This document shows, piece after piece, positions 52,848 through 62,325 of a DNA stretch of 64,000 nt (its first letter is position 1; each line of letters begins with the position of its first letter). Below the pieces are notes generated by a model, which saw only the letters and a list, made by a program, of their open reading frames with translations, searched no databases and was not told the origin of the DNA. Origin of the DNA: a virus; the IMG/VR virus record IMGVR_UViG_3300035491_000271, positions 820 to 64,819 of that record, one strand, 5' to 3'. The position numbers were made by a program, and so were the translations under genes.

Positions 52848-54314
52848 TTATTTTGAGACTTGGTCACCCTCGATGATCCAATTGGTCAGTGTGGCAATCA
52901 ACGGCGCCGGCAGTGTCGTGTTGCGCGACACGGTGAACGGCTTGTTGAGGTCCATGACACCCGTTACCGGGTCCAGACGACTCATGACCTTAGCATTCTT
53001 GTGATCGAGCGGGAGTTCGCCCCAGAGTGCATCACCATCGTAGTCCGCGTTCTTGTCGATCAGGTTGAGCGGGGACAGTGAGATGGTGTTATCGGTCGGA
53101 TCGGTTTTGATTTCGTCAATCTGGTTATAACCAATCGAGCCACGGGTCAGGGTCGGGTTACGACCGAACGTCGTGGGGATGGTGCCGTTCGGGGCTTCGG
53201 CTAAAAGCTCCTTGAACAGCTCATTGAGCAGTGGATGGAAACGCAAGGTGTTCTCGTAGATCAGCGTCTGGATCTCGTTGGGCGAGTAGCCCTTAGCCAG
53301 TAGCTTGTTCTGCAAGTGCACCTTAAACAGCAGGGTGCTCATCGACCACGGCACTTGCAACGCATCCTGACGATGCGGCTTTTGCCGGGAGGTGATAACG
53401 GCACGGAAGCCAAAGTGCGGGCGGGTACCGTAGATCAGCTTACGGGCAATACCAGGCTTCTTGAAGATGACTTCAGATTCGAAGGTCCGATAGTACTCGT
53501 TAAACTGTTGATGTGCACTGACGACACGCGCTTCTTTGACAGCTTGAGTGAGCTTGGGCTGGTTCTCAGCCGTCTCACGGTTATCAATGCCGATGAGGAT
53601 GTGGGCTGCGTTGACAGCCGCGACCATCTTCGGGTCGGCAGTGATACGGTTGTTGGCACTTTCGCGGATGAACCCAAGCCGCGTCGGGAAGGGCAGGTAT
53701 TCAGAGAAGGTCCGGTCGAAGTTTTCTTGCAGAAAGCGCATGATCTTACGGCGCCGACGGGCCGATGCCGAAGGACCAATCAAGCCTGCCTTGAACAAGG
53801 CCACCAGAATAGGTTCGTAGTTCTCGATGAAATGGTTGTATCCACGCGGGATATCCAGTCGCTCGAGCTTTCGCATCTTGTCTGCCGCCAACGGCGAGGG
53901 GGCAGTATAACGCGGGTTACACAGGTACTCCAGGATGTTGAAGTTCGAGTGGGTCAGGTTCTTTGACAGAATCCGCCACACCGTCAGGTTGATGAAGGCC
54001 TTGATCCCGGCAGGGACACGGAGCCAGAGGTTGGACTCCAGGGGCTTTTCGGTGATCGGTACCACCTGTGAGAGACAGATCGGACAGCGGACGTTGTAGT
54101 TGTCCATGCTGGTGATGTGTCCACAGTCACAAGAAGCTGTGTTGTTCAGCGAATCGCCATCGAGACTGGTATAGATGAGGTTGTTGAGCTTAAGGCGGTC
54201 TGCCTCAAGGTCGATGTTGAAGTCATTCATCAGGATCGCAGGATGCGACAGATGACGGAACAGGGTGTCGTAGTGGACTACGCGGAGATAGACGCCATTA
54301 CGTTCTTTCATCAA
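52848..54314 (-). CDS. Non-virion RNA polymerase beta' N-terminal/catalytic subunit (phiKZ gp55-56.1-like), uninterrupted
   Basis: 488 aa. CDCG...CPIC zinc ribbon, 'FGFRAVIT', 'RNPTL' and catalytic 'NADYDGD'. Confidence 0.9.
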   Translation of the reverse strand: MMKERNGVYLRVVHYDTLFRHLSHPAILMNDFNIDLEADRLKLNNLIYTSLDGDSLNNTASCDCGHITSMDNYNVRCPICLSQVVPITEKPLESNLWLRVPAGIKAFINLTVWRILSKNLTHSNFNILEYLCNPRYTAPSPLAADKMRKLERLDIPRGYNHFIENYEPILVALFKAGLIGPSASARRRRKIMRFLQENFDRTFSEYLPFPTRLGFIRESANNRITADPKMVAAVNAAHILIGIDNRETAENQPKLTQAVKEARVVSAHQQFNEYYRTFESEVIFKKPGIARKLIYGTRPHFGFRAVITSRQKPHRQDALQVPWSMSTLLFKVHLQNKLLAKGYSPNEIQTLIYENTLRFHPLLNELFKELLAEAPNGTIPTTFGRNPTLTRGSIGYNQIDEIKTDPTDNTISLSPLNLIDKNADYDGDALWGELPLDHKNAKVMSRLDPVTGVMDLNKPFTVSRNTTLPAPLIATLTNWIIEGDQVSK

Positions 54315-54340
54315 CTTTGGCCCTTAAGTGTAGTGGCGAT

Positions 54341-54390
54341 GAAAAATAAAAGACATAGCTCGGGGGAGCACTAGGCTCCCCCTTGCTACG
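54341..54390 (-). terminator. Terminator after chimallin
   Basis: GGGGGAGC ACTAG GCTCCCCC hairpin with an A-rich left flank (T run on minus). Confidence 0.65.
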
Positions 54391-54406
54391 TTAAGGCCGA
54401 CGCCGA

Positions 54407-56338
54407 TTAGAAGCTATTGCCGAAGCCAAAGCCGTTACCGACGTTGCTGCGCAGGCTGCGCTGACCATCACCTACCACACGGCGGGACAGCATGCCGTGA
54501 GTCAGGTCACCACCGGCGAAGTCGCGGATGCGGGTGTTACCGCGGATGCGACGGTTGCCGAAGCTGTAGTGTGCCTGACGCTGATCGATGTTGATCTTGC
54601 AGTCAACGACTGCCAGAGCCAGAGCCTCGATGAACTTCGGATTGAAGTACGCGAGGTCGACGTAACGGGAGAACTTCACGTTGGAAGCACCCAGGGCGCT
54701 GGTCAGCTGAGTGAACTGCTCGGATACGCGAACTTCCACATCGAGGTCGGTGCGGTCGATCACGTCCTGGTAGTTCAGCGCCGAGACGCCTTCGTCGTTC
54801 GGGTTCTGGGCCAGCCAACGGAGCAGGTCCCACTCGCGCAGGTCGCGCTCCTGACCCTTCTCGTCGATCCAGGTACCGGTCAGGTAACGGGCACCGGACA
54901 TTTCCAGAGGCTGCTCAACACCCAGCTCGCGAGCGCGACGGGTGAAGTTGCCGGCAGTCAGACGGTCAGCGTAGTCGTACAGACGACGAACGGCGTCTGC
55001 GGTGACCGAGCTGTCGTTGGCTGCGTCGGCCAGCAGACTGGTGATCCAGCTGTTGTCACCGCCCTCTTCCAGCTCGATAGCCCATGCCAGGCGCTCGTCG
55101 ACCAGGGAGAAGAAGTACTGACCCCACTTCTGAATATCCAGGGAAGCACGGGTGTCGAACACGACCGGTTCACGGTCACCGTCCGGGCCGAGGATGTTCA
55201 GCAGACCGGTGTCGCGGGTGTCGATCTCACCGCGGGCAACTTCGCCCGGCAGGAAGGTCTGAGCCCAGGCCTGGTCCTTGGAGATGACCGACGCACCAGC
55301 CAGCGCGAGCAGCAGCAGTTCCGGCGTGATGCCGTTGGTGCCGGTGTCCATGCGGTTGATGATGAAGGTCGGGGTGAAGTACGGCTGATCGCGACGCTGG
55401 TTGCGCGCCCAACGGTCTTCCTGTGCCGGCGGGGTGTACATCAGGTTGACGTAGCCGCCCAGGTTGGCCAGCGGGACGCTGACGTTCTGATCGTTCTTGC
55501 GGATCACACCAGCAACGCTGACAGCGATGTCGCTGCGGCGCGGCAGACCGTCGGCGGACACGGAGTCACGACCGGACAGGTCAACGTTGATTTCCAGGGT
55601 CGACTGCTTGGTCAGCCACTCGAGGCTGAAGTACAGGTTCGGCTGGAACAGGTCGTTGAACAGAGCAGTCAGAGCGGCCTGCGCGTAGAACACGACCATG
55701 CGTGCTTCGGTGCTTTCCGGCTCATTGAAGTCGACCTTACGATCGACCACACGCCAGCCAGCGCGGATGATTTCCACGGTGCGGCGAGTGTTCTGCTCGA
55801 AGTTCTTCTTGGCGATGTCGTCGACCAGAGCCAGGTAGCTCTCGGTGATGTAGTCGCTGGCCACGACCGGCAGCTGGTAGCTGCGATGAGCGATGTCGAC
55901 GTTGCGAACGGTCGCTTCATCGGTCAGAGTACCTTCCAGCGCCAGGGCGTGGACCAGTACCTTGGTGGTGCCGTTGTCTTCGACCGGGTAGGCCAGGATG
56001 ACGGAGGAAACCGACACGTTGTGCTCGGAAGCTTCCAGACCCAGTACCTGAACCTTGCTCAGGTCGATGGCGCCGGCACCGGCAACCTGACGCTCCGGGG
56101 AGAACCAGAACTTGAAGCCCTTCACTGCGCTGACCAGCGCTTCGCCGCTGGTGCGACGGCTCATCGGGGCGCCGAGCAGGCGGTTCAGGTCGAGCAGGCC
56201 AGCTTGCATTTGCGAAGTGGACTGTGCGCGGTCTTGACGGTCAGCACGAGCAGCCGGGTTGCTGTTCTCACGCGGGTGGTTCGGCTGATCGCCAGTGATG
56301 CCATCTTGCTGATTGTTTTGGCTGTCATGAACTGCCAT
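54407..56338 (-). CDS. chmA: Chimallin, major phage nuclear shell protein (phiKZ gp54-like)
   Basis: 643 aa with extreme high-expression codon bias, a disordered N-terminus and a G/F-rich C-terminal tail. Directly upstream of the nvRNAP beta' gene. Confidence 0.85.
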   Translation of the reverse strand: MAVHDSQNNQQDGITGDQPNHPRENSNPAARADRQDRAQSTSQMQAGLLDLNRLLGAPMSRRTSGEALVSAVKGFKFWFSPERQVAGAGAIDLSKVQVLGLEASEHNVSVSSVILAYPVEDNGTTKVLVHALALEGTLTDEATVRNVDIAHRSYQLPVVASDYITESYLALVDDIAKKNFEQNTRRTVEIIRAGWRVVDRKVDFNEPESTEARMVVFYAQAALTALFNDLFQPNLYFSLEWLTKQSTLEINVDLSGRDSVSADGLPRRSDIAVSVAGVIRKNDQNVSVPLANLGGYVNLMYTPPAQEDRWARNQRRDQPYFTPTFIINRMDTGTNGITPELLLLALAGASVISKDQAWAQTFLPGEVARGEIDTRDTGLLNILGPDGDREPVVFDTRASLDIQKWGQYFFSLVDERLAWAIELEEGGDNSWITSLLADAANDSSVTADAVRRLYDYADRLTAGNFTRRARELGVEQPLEMSGARYLTGTWIDEKGQERDLREWDLLRWLAQNPNDEGVSALNYQDVIDRTDLDVEVRVSEQFTQLTSALGASNVKFSRYVDLAYFNPKFIEALALAVVDCKINIDQRQAHYSFGNRRIRGNTRIRDFAGGDLTHGMLSRRVVGDGQRSLRSNVGNGFGFGNSF

Positions 56339-56412
56339 GATTTACTCCTTGGGTTTTGATGTGTTACTAGGGCCTAGTGAACATCTTGAAGGCTTGCTTC
56401 GATATTCACGTT

Positions 56413-56421
56413 GATAATGTA
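56413..56421 (-). promoter_or_regulatory. Putative early promoter TACATTATC upstream of chimallin
   Basis: Recurrent motif ~75 nt upstream of the chmA start. Confidence 0.55.
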
Positions 56422-56668
56422 GAACCGTGATAATTTCGAATGGAATTCTTATTCCTAGCCTCATTATCATTCGGCACTGGGGTTTATTTTTACGGTGTGC
56501 ACCAAGCAAAGGAAATACCCTCCCGTATCGACAAGGTCAAAACCTTGCCCGGAGCACATCTCCTATACCATATGGATAAACCAGTTCTTTTTTACTATTT
56601 TCATCTCCCACTGGTTGAAAAAAGGTTGGCTAATCCTTTGAGACTTTAACTGTCATTGGACCGATCCC

Positions 56669-57775
56669 ATGTACACACTCTTTAATACCGAGGCACGACT
56701 GCGGCAAACCAATGTCGTCTCCTTTGGGCTGGATTACGTCAAGCGTGAACTGCTTGGGGTCCAAGTCGAGCGTTATAAGCAGTACCGGGCAATGAGCCCA
56801 GGCTTTATCCGAAGCGATCACCTGATCAACAAGATTCTCAACATGATCGACATTCCCTTTAATGGGGATTTGCCCGACTACTACCTCCGTGTCGGCAGTA
56901 TTGTTAATCGACTTGCCGGTCAGATGGGGTTGGTGACCGCCGGCCACCATGGACGGGTAAGAAACCACAGTCACTTCTACGGCAAGGGAGTCAATGAGAT
57001 CATCATTGCCGTGGCTGACGACAACTTAACCCCTGGCGAGATTTGGTTCAACTGGCAACGCATGAGTGCCGTGCGCTTGTTGGCTCATCCGATCAGTGGC
57101 TGTGGTATCATCGAGCTAGATGGGTCGAACGATTTCAAGGACATGCCCAACGGCGCGACCGCCGTGATTGAAATCAACATCCCGCTGCTGGCCTGCCAGT
57201 ATCAGCTGTGGCGAATGGCAACCAACGCCCTTGCACCCGAAGGCAGGGTGTTTCCGGTGGCGCATTTTATCAGTCAGGTGGTCATCCCCAACCTGTTGCC
57301 CAGCCATTTGGATGTGGCAGTGCTCAACACCCTGCACAGCTTGACCGGTGCTACCGACTATGTGCGGGTTGCCAGCGACATGCCGTTCTATACTACGGAT
57401 TTGTACCCTCGGTTGGAGAAGGGTCTGCAGGAAGTGCTGGCGCGCATTACCGGGGCGACGTATACCTACAGGGACATCTTGGCGATGGTGCCGGTATACG
57501 GGAACAACAACCTGTTGCAAACGGTCAAGATGCCGGACATTGCGTTCACCAACCAAGCGATTTGGGCACTGACCATTGCCAGACTTCCGGCTATTGCCTT
57601 GCTACTTAAGCTGGATCAGCTGAGTCGTAACGTCAAAAACGATTCTGAAAAGAACCGTATCCGACAAAGCCTGCGTGAGACAGAAAGCGGTAAGTACCTG
57701 ATTAACCAGATTCCACCGATGGTGGCGGCCTGGATTGCACAGTACATCGAGCAAAACATCACGCCATACCTTTAA
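56669..57775 (+). CDS. Conserved core protein (phiKZ gp52-like)
   Basis: 368 aa, divergent from chimallin. Assigned by synteny. Confidence 0.7.
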   Translation: MYTLFNTEARLRQTNVVSFGLDYVKRELLGVQVERYKQYRAMSPGFIRSDHLINKILNMIDIPFNGDLPDYYLRVGSIVNRLAGQMGLVTAGHHGRVRNHSHFYGKGVNEIIIAVADDNLTPGEIWFNWQRMSAVRLLAHPISGCGIIELDGSNDFKDMPNGATAVIEINIPLLACQYQLWRMATNALAPEGRVFPVAHFISQVVIPNLLPSHLDVAVLNTLHSLTGATDYVRVASDMPFYTTDLYPRLEKGLQEVLARITGATYTYRDILAMVPVYGNNNLLQTVKMPDIAFTNQAIWALTIARLPAIALLLKLDQLSRNVKNDSEKNRIRQSLRETESGKYLINQIPPMVAAWIAQYIEQNITPYL

Positions 57776-57776
57776 A

Positions 57777-57809
57777 CATAGCGAGGAGCTCTAGAGCTCC
57801 TCGCTTATG
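57777..57809. repeat. Hairpin with CATA...TATG foot between convergent genes
   Basis: CATA GCGAGGAGCTC TA GAGCTCCTCGC T TATG. Confidence 0.7.
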
Positions 57810-57814
57810 CTGTC

Positions 57815-58081
57815 TCACTTGCTGGGTATATCACGGTTGATCAGTTCTGCAATGGCACTAGCAGTCTCGGGATCGAGGTCCTTGAGCTGTTCAGCCAGTG
57901 TCATATACAGAATCCAGCGCTCCGGCCCAAGGCCTGCCAGTAGTTCCGCCACCAGTTTTCGGGTCAGTTCAGCCTTCGCACTAAAAACCGATGTCCGCAT
58001 GAGCGTGAGCATTTCTGCATCTGTCGCCGCGCGGACTACAGTAACGCCATTGCTATCGACCCTTACTTGCGGGCGGATCAT
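57815..58081 (-). CDS. Small hypothetical protein
   Basis: 88 aa with GGAG SD. Confidence 0.6.
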   Translation of the reverse strand: MIRPQVRVDSNGVTVVRAATDAEMLTLMRTSVFSAKAELTRKLVAELLAGLGPERWILYMTLAEQLKDLDPETASAIAELINRDIPSK

Positions 58082-58086
58082 GCTAA

Positions 58087-58476
58087 CTACTCCAGGGTGA
58101 CTTCAGGACAGAGATTCTTGACCATCAAGGGATCGATTTGCAGGTCGGCAGATTTAAAGTAAGCACGGGTGACTTCAAGCAAAGCCACCAACCCAGGATC
58201 GGTGGTTTCCTCGGCCACCCGCCTGAGCAGTTCGTCGAATTCGATAAGGTTACCCTTCTCGACGTCGACACGTACCACCTGCGCGCCGCGCGTAGCAATT
58301 CCTACATAGGGCTTAATCATCATCGAGCTGGTGGTTATCATCGGCAACATTCCCTGAAGGGAGGAGGTAATACCATCCATCCCAGTCAGGGCGTGCACGC
58401 CGACAGGTTTCTTGACTGGAAATGCTAGGATTTTACAACCGTCATTACCAGTCATATCCGGCGTCTTCATCTTCAT
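58087..58476 (-). CDS. Hypothetical protein
   Basis: Probable start MKMKTPD (129 aa), overlapping the end of the polymerase gene, with a GAGGAGG-like SD. Confidence 0.55.
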   Translation of the reverse strand: MKMKTPDMTGNDGCKILAFPVKKPVGVHALTGMDGITSSLQGMLPMITTSSMMIKPYVGIATRGAQVVRVDVEKGNLIEFDELLRRVAEETTDPGLVALLEVTRAYFKSADLQIDPLMVKNLCPEVTLE

Positions 58477-60733
58477 CCTCCTCGAAGAGCTCTTCCTCGT
58501 CATCGCTTTCAATGACGCTGTTAGCATCCGTGGCGGCTGGCTGCAGGTTCACCTCGCCCGACGGCGTATAGATGTCACTGATCAAACGGACGTACTTGCT
58601 ATCGACTTGGAAGATACCCAGTGATTCCAGGATCATGTAAAAGGACTCCAGGATCTCATAGGTCAATCGACGGATGTCGATCATCACCATGACTTCTTCG
58701 GGCATCCCAATACCTGACAGGATCGACAGAGGCAGCATGAGGGTCTTGATCTGATCGCGACCTGTGTTGACGCAGTACTGGCGCAGGCGCTCAGCAAACT
58801 CAGGGTCGATCGCATCAATCTTGTTCAGCCAATCCTGCATGTCGGTCTTGTTGTTGATCGACAGAGGCACCTTAATGACCGTGTAGGGCGGGTGCTCTAC
58901 GTTGCCGTACTTAGGGGCAAAAACCTCTTGCCACATCAGGTAATGCCGGTAATTGGTCTTCTCCTGGTGTGGGTTGGCCTTGTTCATGTTGGCGTACGAT
59001 TCCTGAATCTGGGCCGACTTCAGGTACGTATGCTCGCCCTTTTTGATCGAGTTGTAAATCTCCTGCTCATGCTGCCAGACTTTGAAATAGAGTTCCTCCA
59101 AGGTGAACTGACGGTTCTCATCGGCGCGGTGCATGACCTCCTTCATCAACGCCTTAGCAGCCTTAATGACAGTCGGCGGTACAGTGGAGGAGCGCAACGC
59201 CACGCCCTTAATCTCCATCTCGTACTTGTCGAAGACCAAGCCCTCACGACAGGACATGAACGCGTAGTAGTGCTTAGCGCGGCTGGTCAGAGTGAATACC
59301 GGGAAGGCGTATTCATTCTTCATCGTCAGGCGGTGCAGTTCCTCGGTCACCACGCCCATGTTGGCAGACAGCTTGGCCAAGACATGGATGATACACTGGC
59401 ACGCGATGTAAGTCGTGGTGTACCAGATACCATCGCCTTCCTTGGTGCGCTGTGGGTTATTGGTGTACCACGTCACCCAGTCCTGCGTGGTGAAAATCGT
59501 CGAGTCGGTGTCGGAAGCCAGCACCGTGCGGCGCAAGATACCCTTGATGTTCGCCACAGTGGGGCACAACTGCACAGGTGTCAGGAATACCCGGATGAAC
59601 GTGAAGTACTTCTGCAGCACACGCTGAATATTGAGCGCAGTGCGCGCCACAGCCAGCAGAGCGATTTCGTCACCCTTTTCCTTGAGTGAGTCAAAGCTCT
59701 CGCCACGGGTCAAATCGGCATTGAGGTAGGTGGCCAGTACCTTGGTATCGTCGTCGATCGATTTGCCTTTGAGCAAGGTGAATGGGTCATCAATGGGCGT
59801 CAAGTCCTGAGACATGTCGTACTTGATGATCGCATCCATGAAACCCCGGACAAATGCATCGTTGTACTTGGCGATGTGATACAGATCACCGGTGTACACG
59901 ACAATGGCGCGCTCCAATGGACTCAGGCGTTCAATGAAGGCGACGATCTGGGCGAATTTGGCTTCTTTGCGCCAGTACAGGTCGGTACTGCGACGGATAC
60001 ACTCGGCTGTCTGCTGGACATCTGGATACACCAGACCACATTCTTCCATGCCGCGCTGGAACTCATCGTGAGGCTGGCTGGTAATCAGCGCCAACATGTT
60101 ACTCAGGGCGATGGTTGGGGTCCAATAGTGACGCGAACCGGCAAGCAGACGCTCGTTGTTAGCGTTGCCGTACCCGGTGGCACTGCGACACATTGACGTC
60201 AGGCTCGAATGACCCGATTTAACGAACAGGATGTTACCGGAGAAACCATGCATACCCGACAGGGAGTTAATGGCGATCTTCTTGGCGTTCTGCTCGGCGT
60301 CCTTGATCTTTTCCAGGACCTCGTCCTTGGCGACCTGGGCGGCGAACATCTCGTTTTTGGCTTTCTTACGCCCGGCAATACCAGATTCGACGAACTTGGC
60401 AGACGGTGACTTCAGGACATGCGGGTTCTCGTAGCAAACCATTGAAGGCGACAGAATCCGGTTGGTGTCAGTGACCGTCTTGACGTAATTGAGCAGGGTC
60501 ATCTCATCCCGGACACGGTTGCCTGGACTTTCCTGCTTGAGTACCAGCATGTTCGGGTCACGCAGAGGGAATTTACCGCCACGGGAGAGGGTCTTCTTCA
60601 GAAACTGAAGGCAGCGTTCAGGCGATTCGCCTGTCATACGCTGGAGGAACAGGCTATTTTGGTCGAAATAGCCTTTCATCAAATTAAGGTCCCGACGGTA
60701 CTCTTCCTTAGGTAGAACGAATGGATTTTCCAT
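58445..60733 (-). CDS. Split family-B DNA polymerase, catalytic subunit (phiKZ gp50-like)
   Basis: 762 aa. Motif B 'KKIAINSLSG', motif C 'ASDTDS', 'KHYYA' and 'EIKGV'. Confidence 0.9.
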   Translation of the reverse strand: MENPFVLPKEEYRRDLNLMKGYFDQNSLFLQRMTGESPERCLQFLKKTLSRGGKFPLRDPNMLVLKQESPGNRVRDEMTLLNYVKTVTDTNRILSPSMVCYENPHVLKSPSAKFVESGIAGRKKAKNEMFAAQVAKDEVLEKIKDAEQNAKKIAINSLSGMHGFSGNILFVKSGHSSLTSMCRSATGYGNANNERLLAGSRHYWTPTIALSNMLALITSQPHDEFQRGMEECGLVYPDVQQTAECIRRSTDLYWRKEAKFAQIVAFIERLSPLERAIVVYTGDLYHIAKYNDAFVRGFMDAIIKYDMSQDLTPIDDPFTLLKGKSIDDDTKVLATYLNADLTRGESFDSLKEKGDEIALLAVARTALNIQRVLQKYFTFIRVFLTPVQLCPTVANIKGILRRTVLASDTDSTIFTTQDWVTWYTNNPQRTKEGDGIWYTTTYIACQCIIHVLAKLSANMGVVTEELHRLTMKNEYAFPVFTLTSRAKHYYAFMSCREGLVFDKYEMEIKGVALRSSTVPPTVIKAAKALMKEVMHRADENRQFTLEELYFKVWQHEQEIYNSIKKGEHTYLKSAQIQESYANMNKANPHQEKTNYRHYLMWQEVFAPKYGNVEHPPYTVIKVPLSINNKTDMQDWLNKIDAIDPEFAERLRQYCVNTGRDQIKTLMLPLSILSGIGMPEEVMVMIDIRRLTYEILESFYMILESLGIFQVDSKYVRLISDIYTPSGEVNLQPAATDANSVIESDDEEELFEEDEDEDAGYDW

Positions 60734-60755
60734 GTCTTAAGGCCCTTAAATTACA

Positions 60756-60798
60756 GCAAAAGAAAAAAGGTCAGAGTAGCTCATAATAGAGCTACTCT
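60756..60798 (-). terminator. Intrinsic terminator
   Basis: AGAGTAGCTC ATAATA GAGCTACTCT with an A-rich left flank. Confidence 0.65.
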
Positions 60799-60813
60799 TC
60801 GTTTTTATTGACG

Positions 60814-61314
60814 TCAGGCGTAAAACGTAATCGAGAAGACCTGGGTATCATCCTCACGATATGGTTGGAAATCACTCAAGGAAAACCAGCAGTCATCGCT
60901 GGACTGATTGCGCTTTAGAATCTCCAGCATCTGACCGTAGCCGTTGGGCCGATGGATGGAGTTGATAAAGTTGGTCAACTCCTCCAACACATCCGCTGCT
61001 ACGGTCTCGCCGAACATTTCATGAGCCTCGTCGACCATATGCTCAGTCAACCCCATGTCGTTGAGTGCTTCGTGTAGCAAGACATCGATGATGTAATGCG
61101 GTGAGCACAACGTCTTCATGGCGTCAAAGTCATCTTCGGGTAGACGGTGTTTGTCCACGATACGCTGGAGGGCGTCAACGAACGTTCCGTAAGCCTCGAA
61201 CCACTTCTCGTCAAAGGTGAACAGGAAGTGCTGGTCCTTGTCCTCATCGCGGGTCAGGCGATAGGTCCAAGGAGCACGCTGATTAATACTCGATCGAAAA
61301 GTCCTGAATGCCAT
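60814..61314 (-). CDS. Hypothetical acidic protein (small-ORF array member)
   Basis: 166 aa, ends in the beta-hairpin 'FQPYREDDTQVFSITFY'. Confidence 0.65.
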   Translation of the reverse strand: MAFRTFRSSINQRAPWTYRLTRDEDKDQHFLFTFDEKWFEAYGTFVDALQRIVDKHRLPEDDFDAMKTLCSPHYIIDVLLHEALNDMGLTEHMVDEAHEMFGETVAADVLEELTNFINSIHRPNGYGQMLEILKRNQSSDDCWFSLSDFQPYREDDTQVFSITFYA

Positions 61315-61672
61315 TTTGAAGGAGTGCCTGTTTGACCAGATTCTCAGTGGAATCGGTAATGTTGTTTATGGTGATCACCAACTTACGGTCGGTGAGCACT
61401 TCGATCGATTCGTGTTTGATCCACGGCACGCCGAGGACTTCCACGTCACCGTTACCATAACGCAGTTTGACGTAGCTGTATGCTCCAGCAGATTGCGGCA
61501 GGTCGGCAATGTGACTCTTGACTTGGGCGTGTTTGGCACGCACATCAGCCAAGAGCATGGCGGTGTCCAGATCAAGCACTGCTACCACAGTGACAGCCTG
61601 GCGAGCCGCGCCGAGAACGGCAGGGGCATTGGTGCTGAATTTGACTGTGGAGCCGATGAAATTGGTGATCAT
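61283..61672 (-). CDS. Conserved small protein (phiKZ gp49-like)
   Basis: 129 aa, beta-rich, with GAGG SD. Synteny upstream of the polymerase. Confidence 0.65.
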   Translation of the reverse strand: MITNFIGSTVKFSTNAPAVLGAARQAVTVVAVLDLDTAMLLADVRAKHAQVKSHIADLPQSAGAYSYVKLRYGNGDVEVLGVPWIKHESIEVLTDRKLVITINNITDSTENLVKQALLQNGIQDFSIEY

Positions 61673-61974
61673 TAGCCTGGGCCTTCCTCAAAAGTTAAGA
61701 TGTACGTCCCGTCAGTATCTACCACATCGATGTCGATCCAGATGCGATCTGAAAGACTGCTCAGAAAGCGGTCTCGGCGCAGCCGGGCCAACCAGGCCGG
61801 ATCGTGCAGGAATTCCTCCGTGAGTACATGGAAGAATGCGCGCATGATCAATGCTCGAAAGCACTGGCGGACGGTTTCAGGAAGCTCCCCATAACACGGG
61901 GTATCCGGATCGAGAGCGTAAGATACTTCAGGAAGCAGTTCTGCAATTGTGTCCGAAGTATTGATAAGGATCAT
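61672..61974 (-). CDS. Hypothetical protein (small-ORF array member)
   Basis: 100 aa, 1 nt overlap with the next gene. Confidence 0.65.
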   Translation of the reverse strand: MILINTSDTIAELLPEVSYALDPDTPCYGELPETVRQCFRALIMRAFFHVLTEEFLHDPAWLARLRRDRFLSSLSDRIWIDIDVVDTDGTYILTFEEGPG

Positions 61975-61983
61975 GTCAATCCC

Positions 61984-62325
61984 TTAATGAGTAACGGTGA
62001 TGACCAGTACTCGTTCATCTTCAATGTAAGCGGCATGCAACACGCGCCGCCTGTCCAAACCAGGGGTTGCCCGATCCATTGTGAAGTAGAGATTGATCAT
62101 AGCATTTCGTAATGCGATGAAATCGTCACCAGAATCTTCCAGATGGGGCGGGAACAACTGACCGGCAAAGTCATCGACGAAAATCTCGCCTCGACGGCAC
62201 CAATCGCCATATAGGGAATAAATCTCATCGATGTCATACTGATGATCCATCACTTGGGAAAGATCACTTAGAAACGCTCGATGGAAGGGCTCTCCATCGA
62301 GTAAAATTGTCTTGTTACCAGCCAT
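61984..62325 (-). CDS. Hypothetical protein (small-ORF array member)
   Basis: 113 aa, ends 'HAAYIEDERVLVITV'. Confidence 0.7.
   Translation of the reverse strand: MAGNKTILLDGEPFHRAFLSDLSQVMDHQYDIDEIYSLYGDWCRRGEIFVDDFAGQLFPPHLEDSGDDFIALRNAMINLYFTMDRATPGLDRRRVLHAAYIEDERVLVITVTH

Noticed and set aside
54497-56359. 620 aa plus-strand ORF opposite chimallin
   Set aside because: Antisense shadow caused by the strong codon bias of the real gene; no SD and no protein-like features.
56440-56649. 69 aa plus-strand ORF in the chimallin/gp52-like divergent region
   Set aside because: AT-rich regulatory region with no clear SD; more likely promoter sequence.
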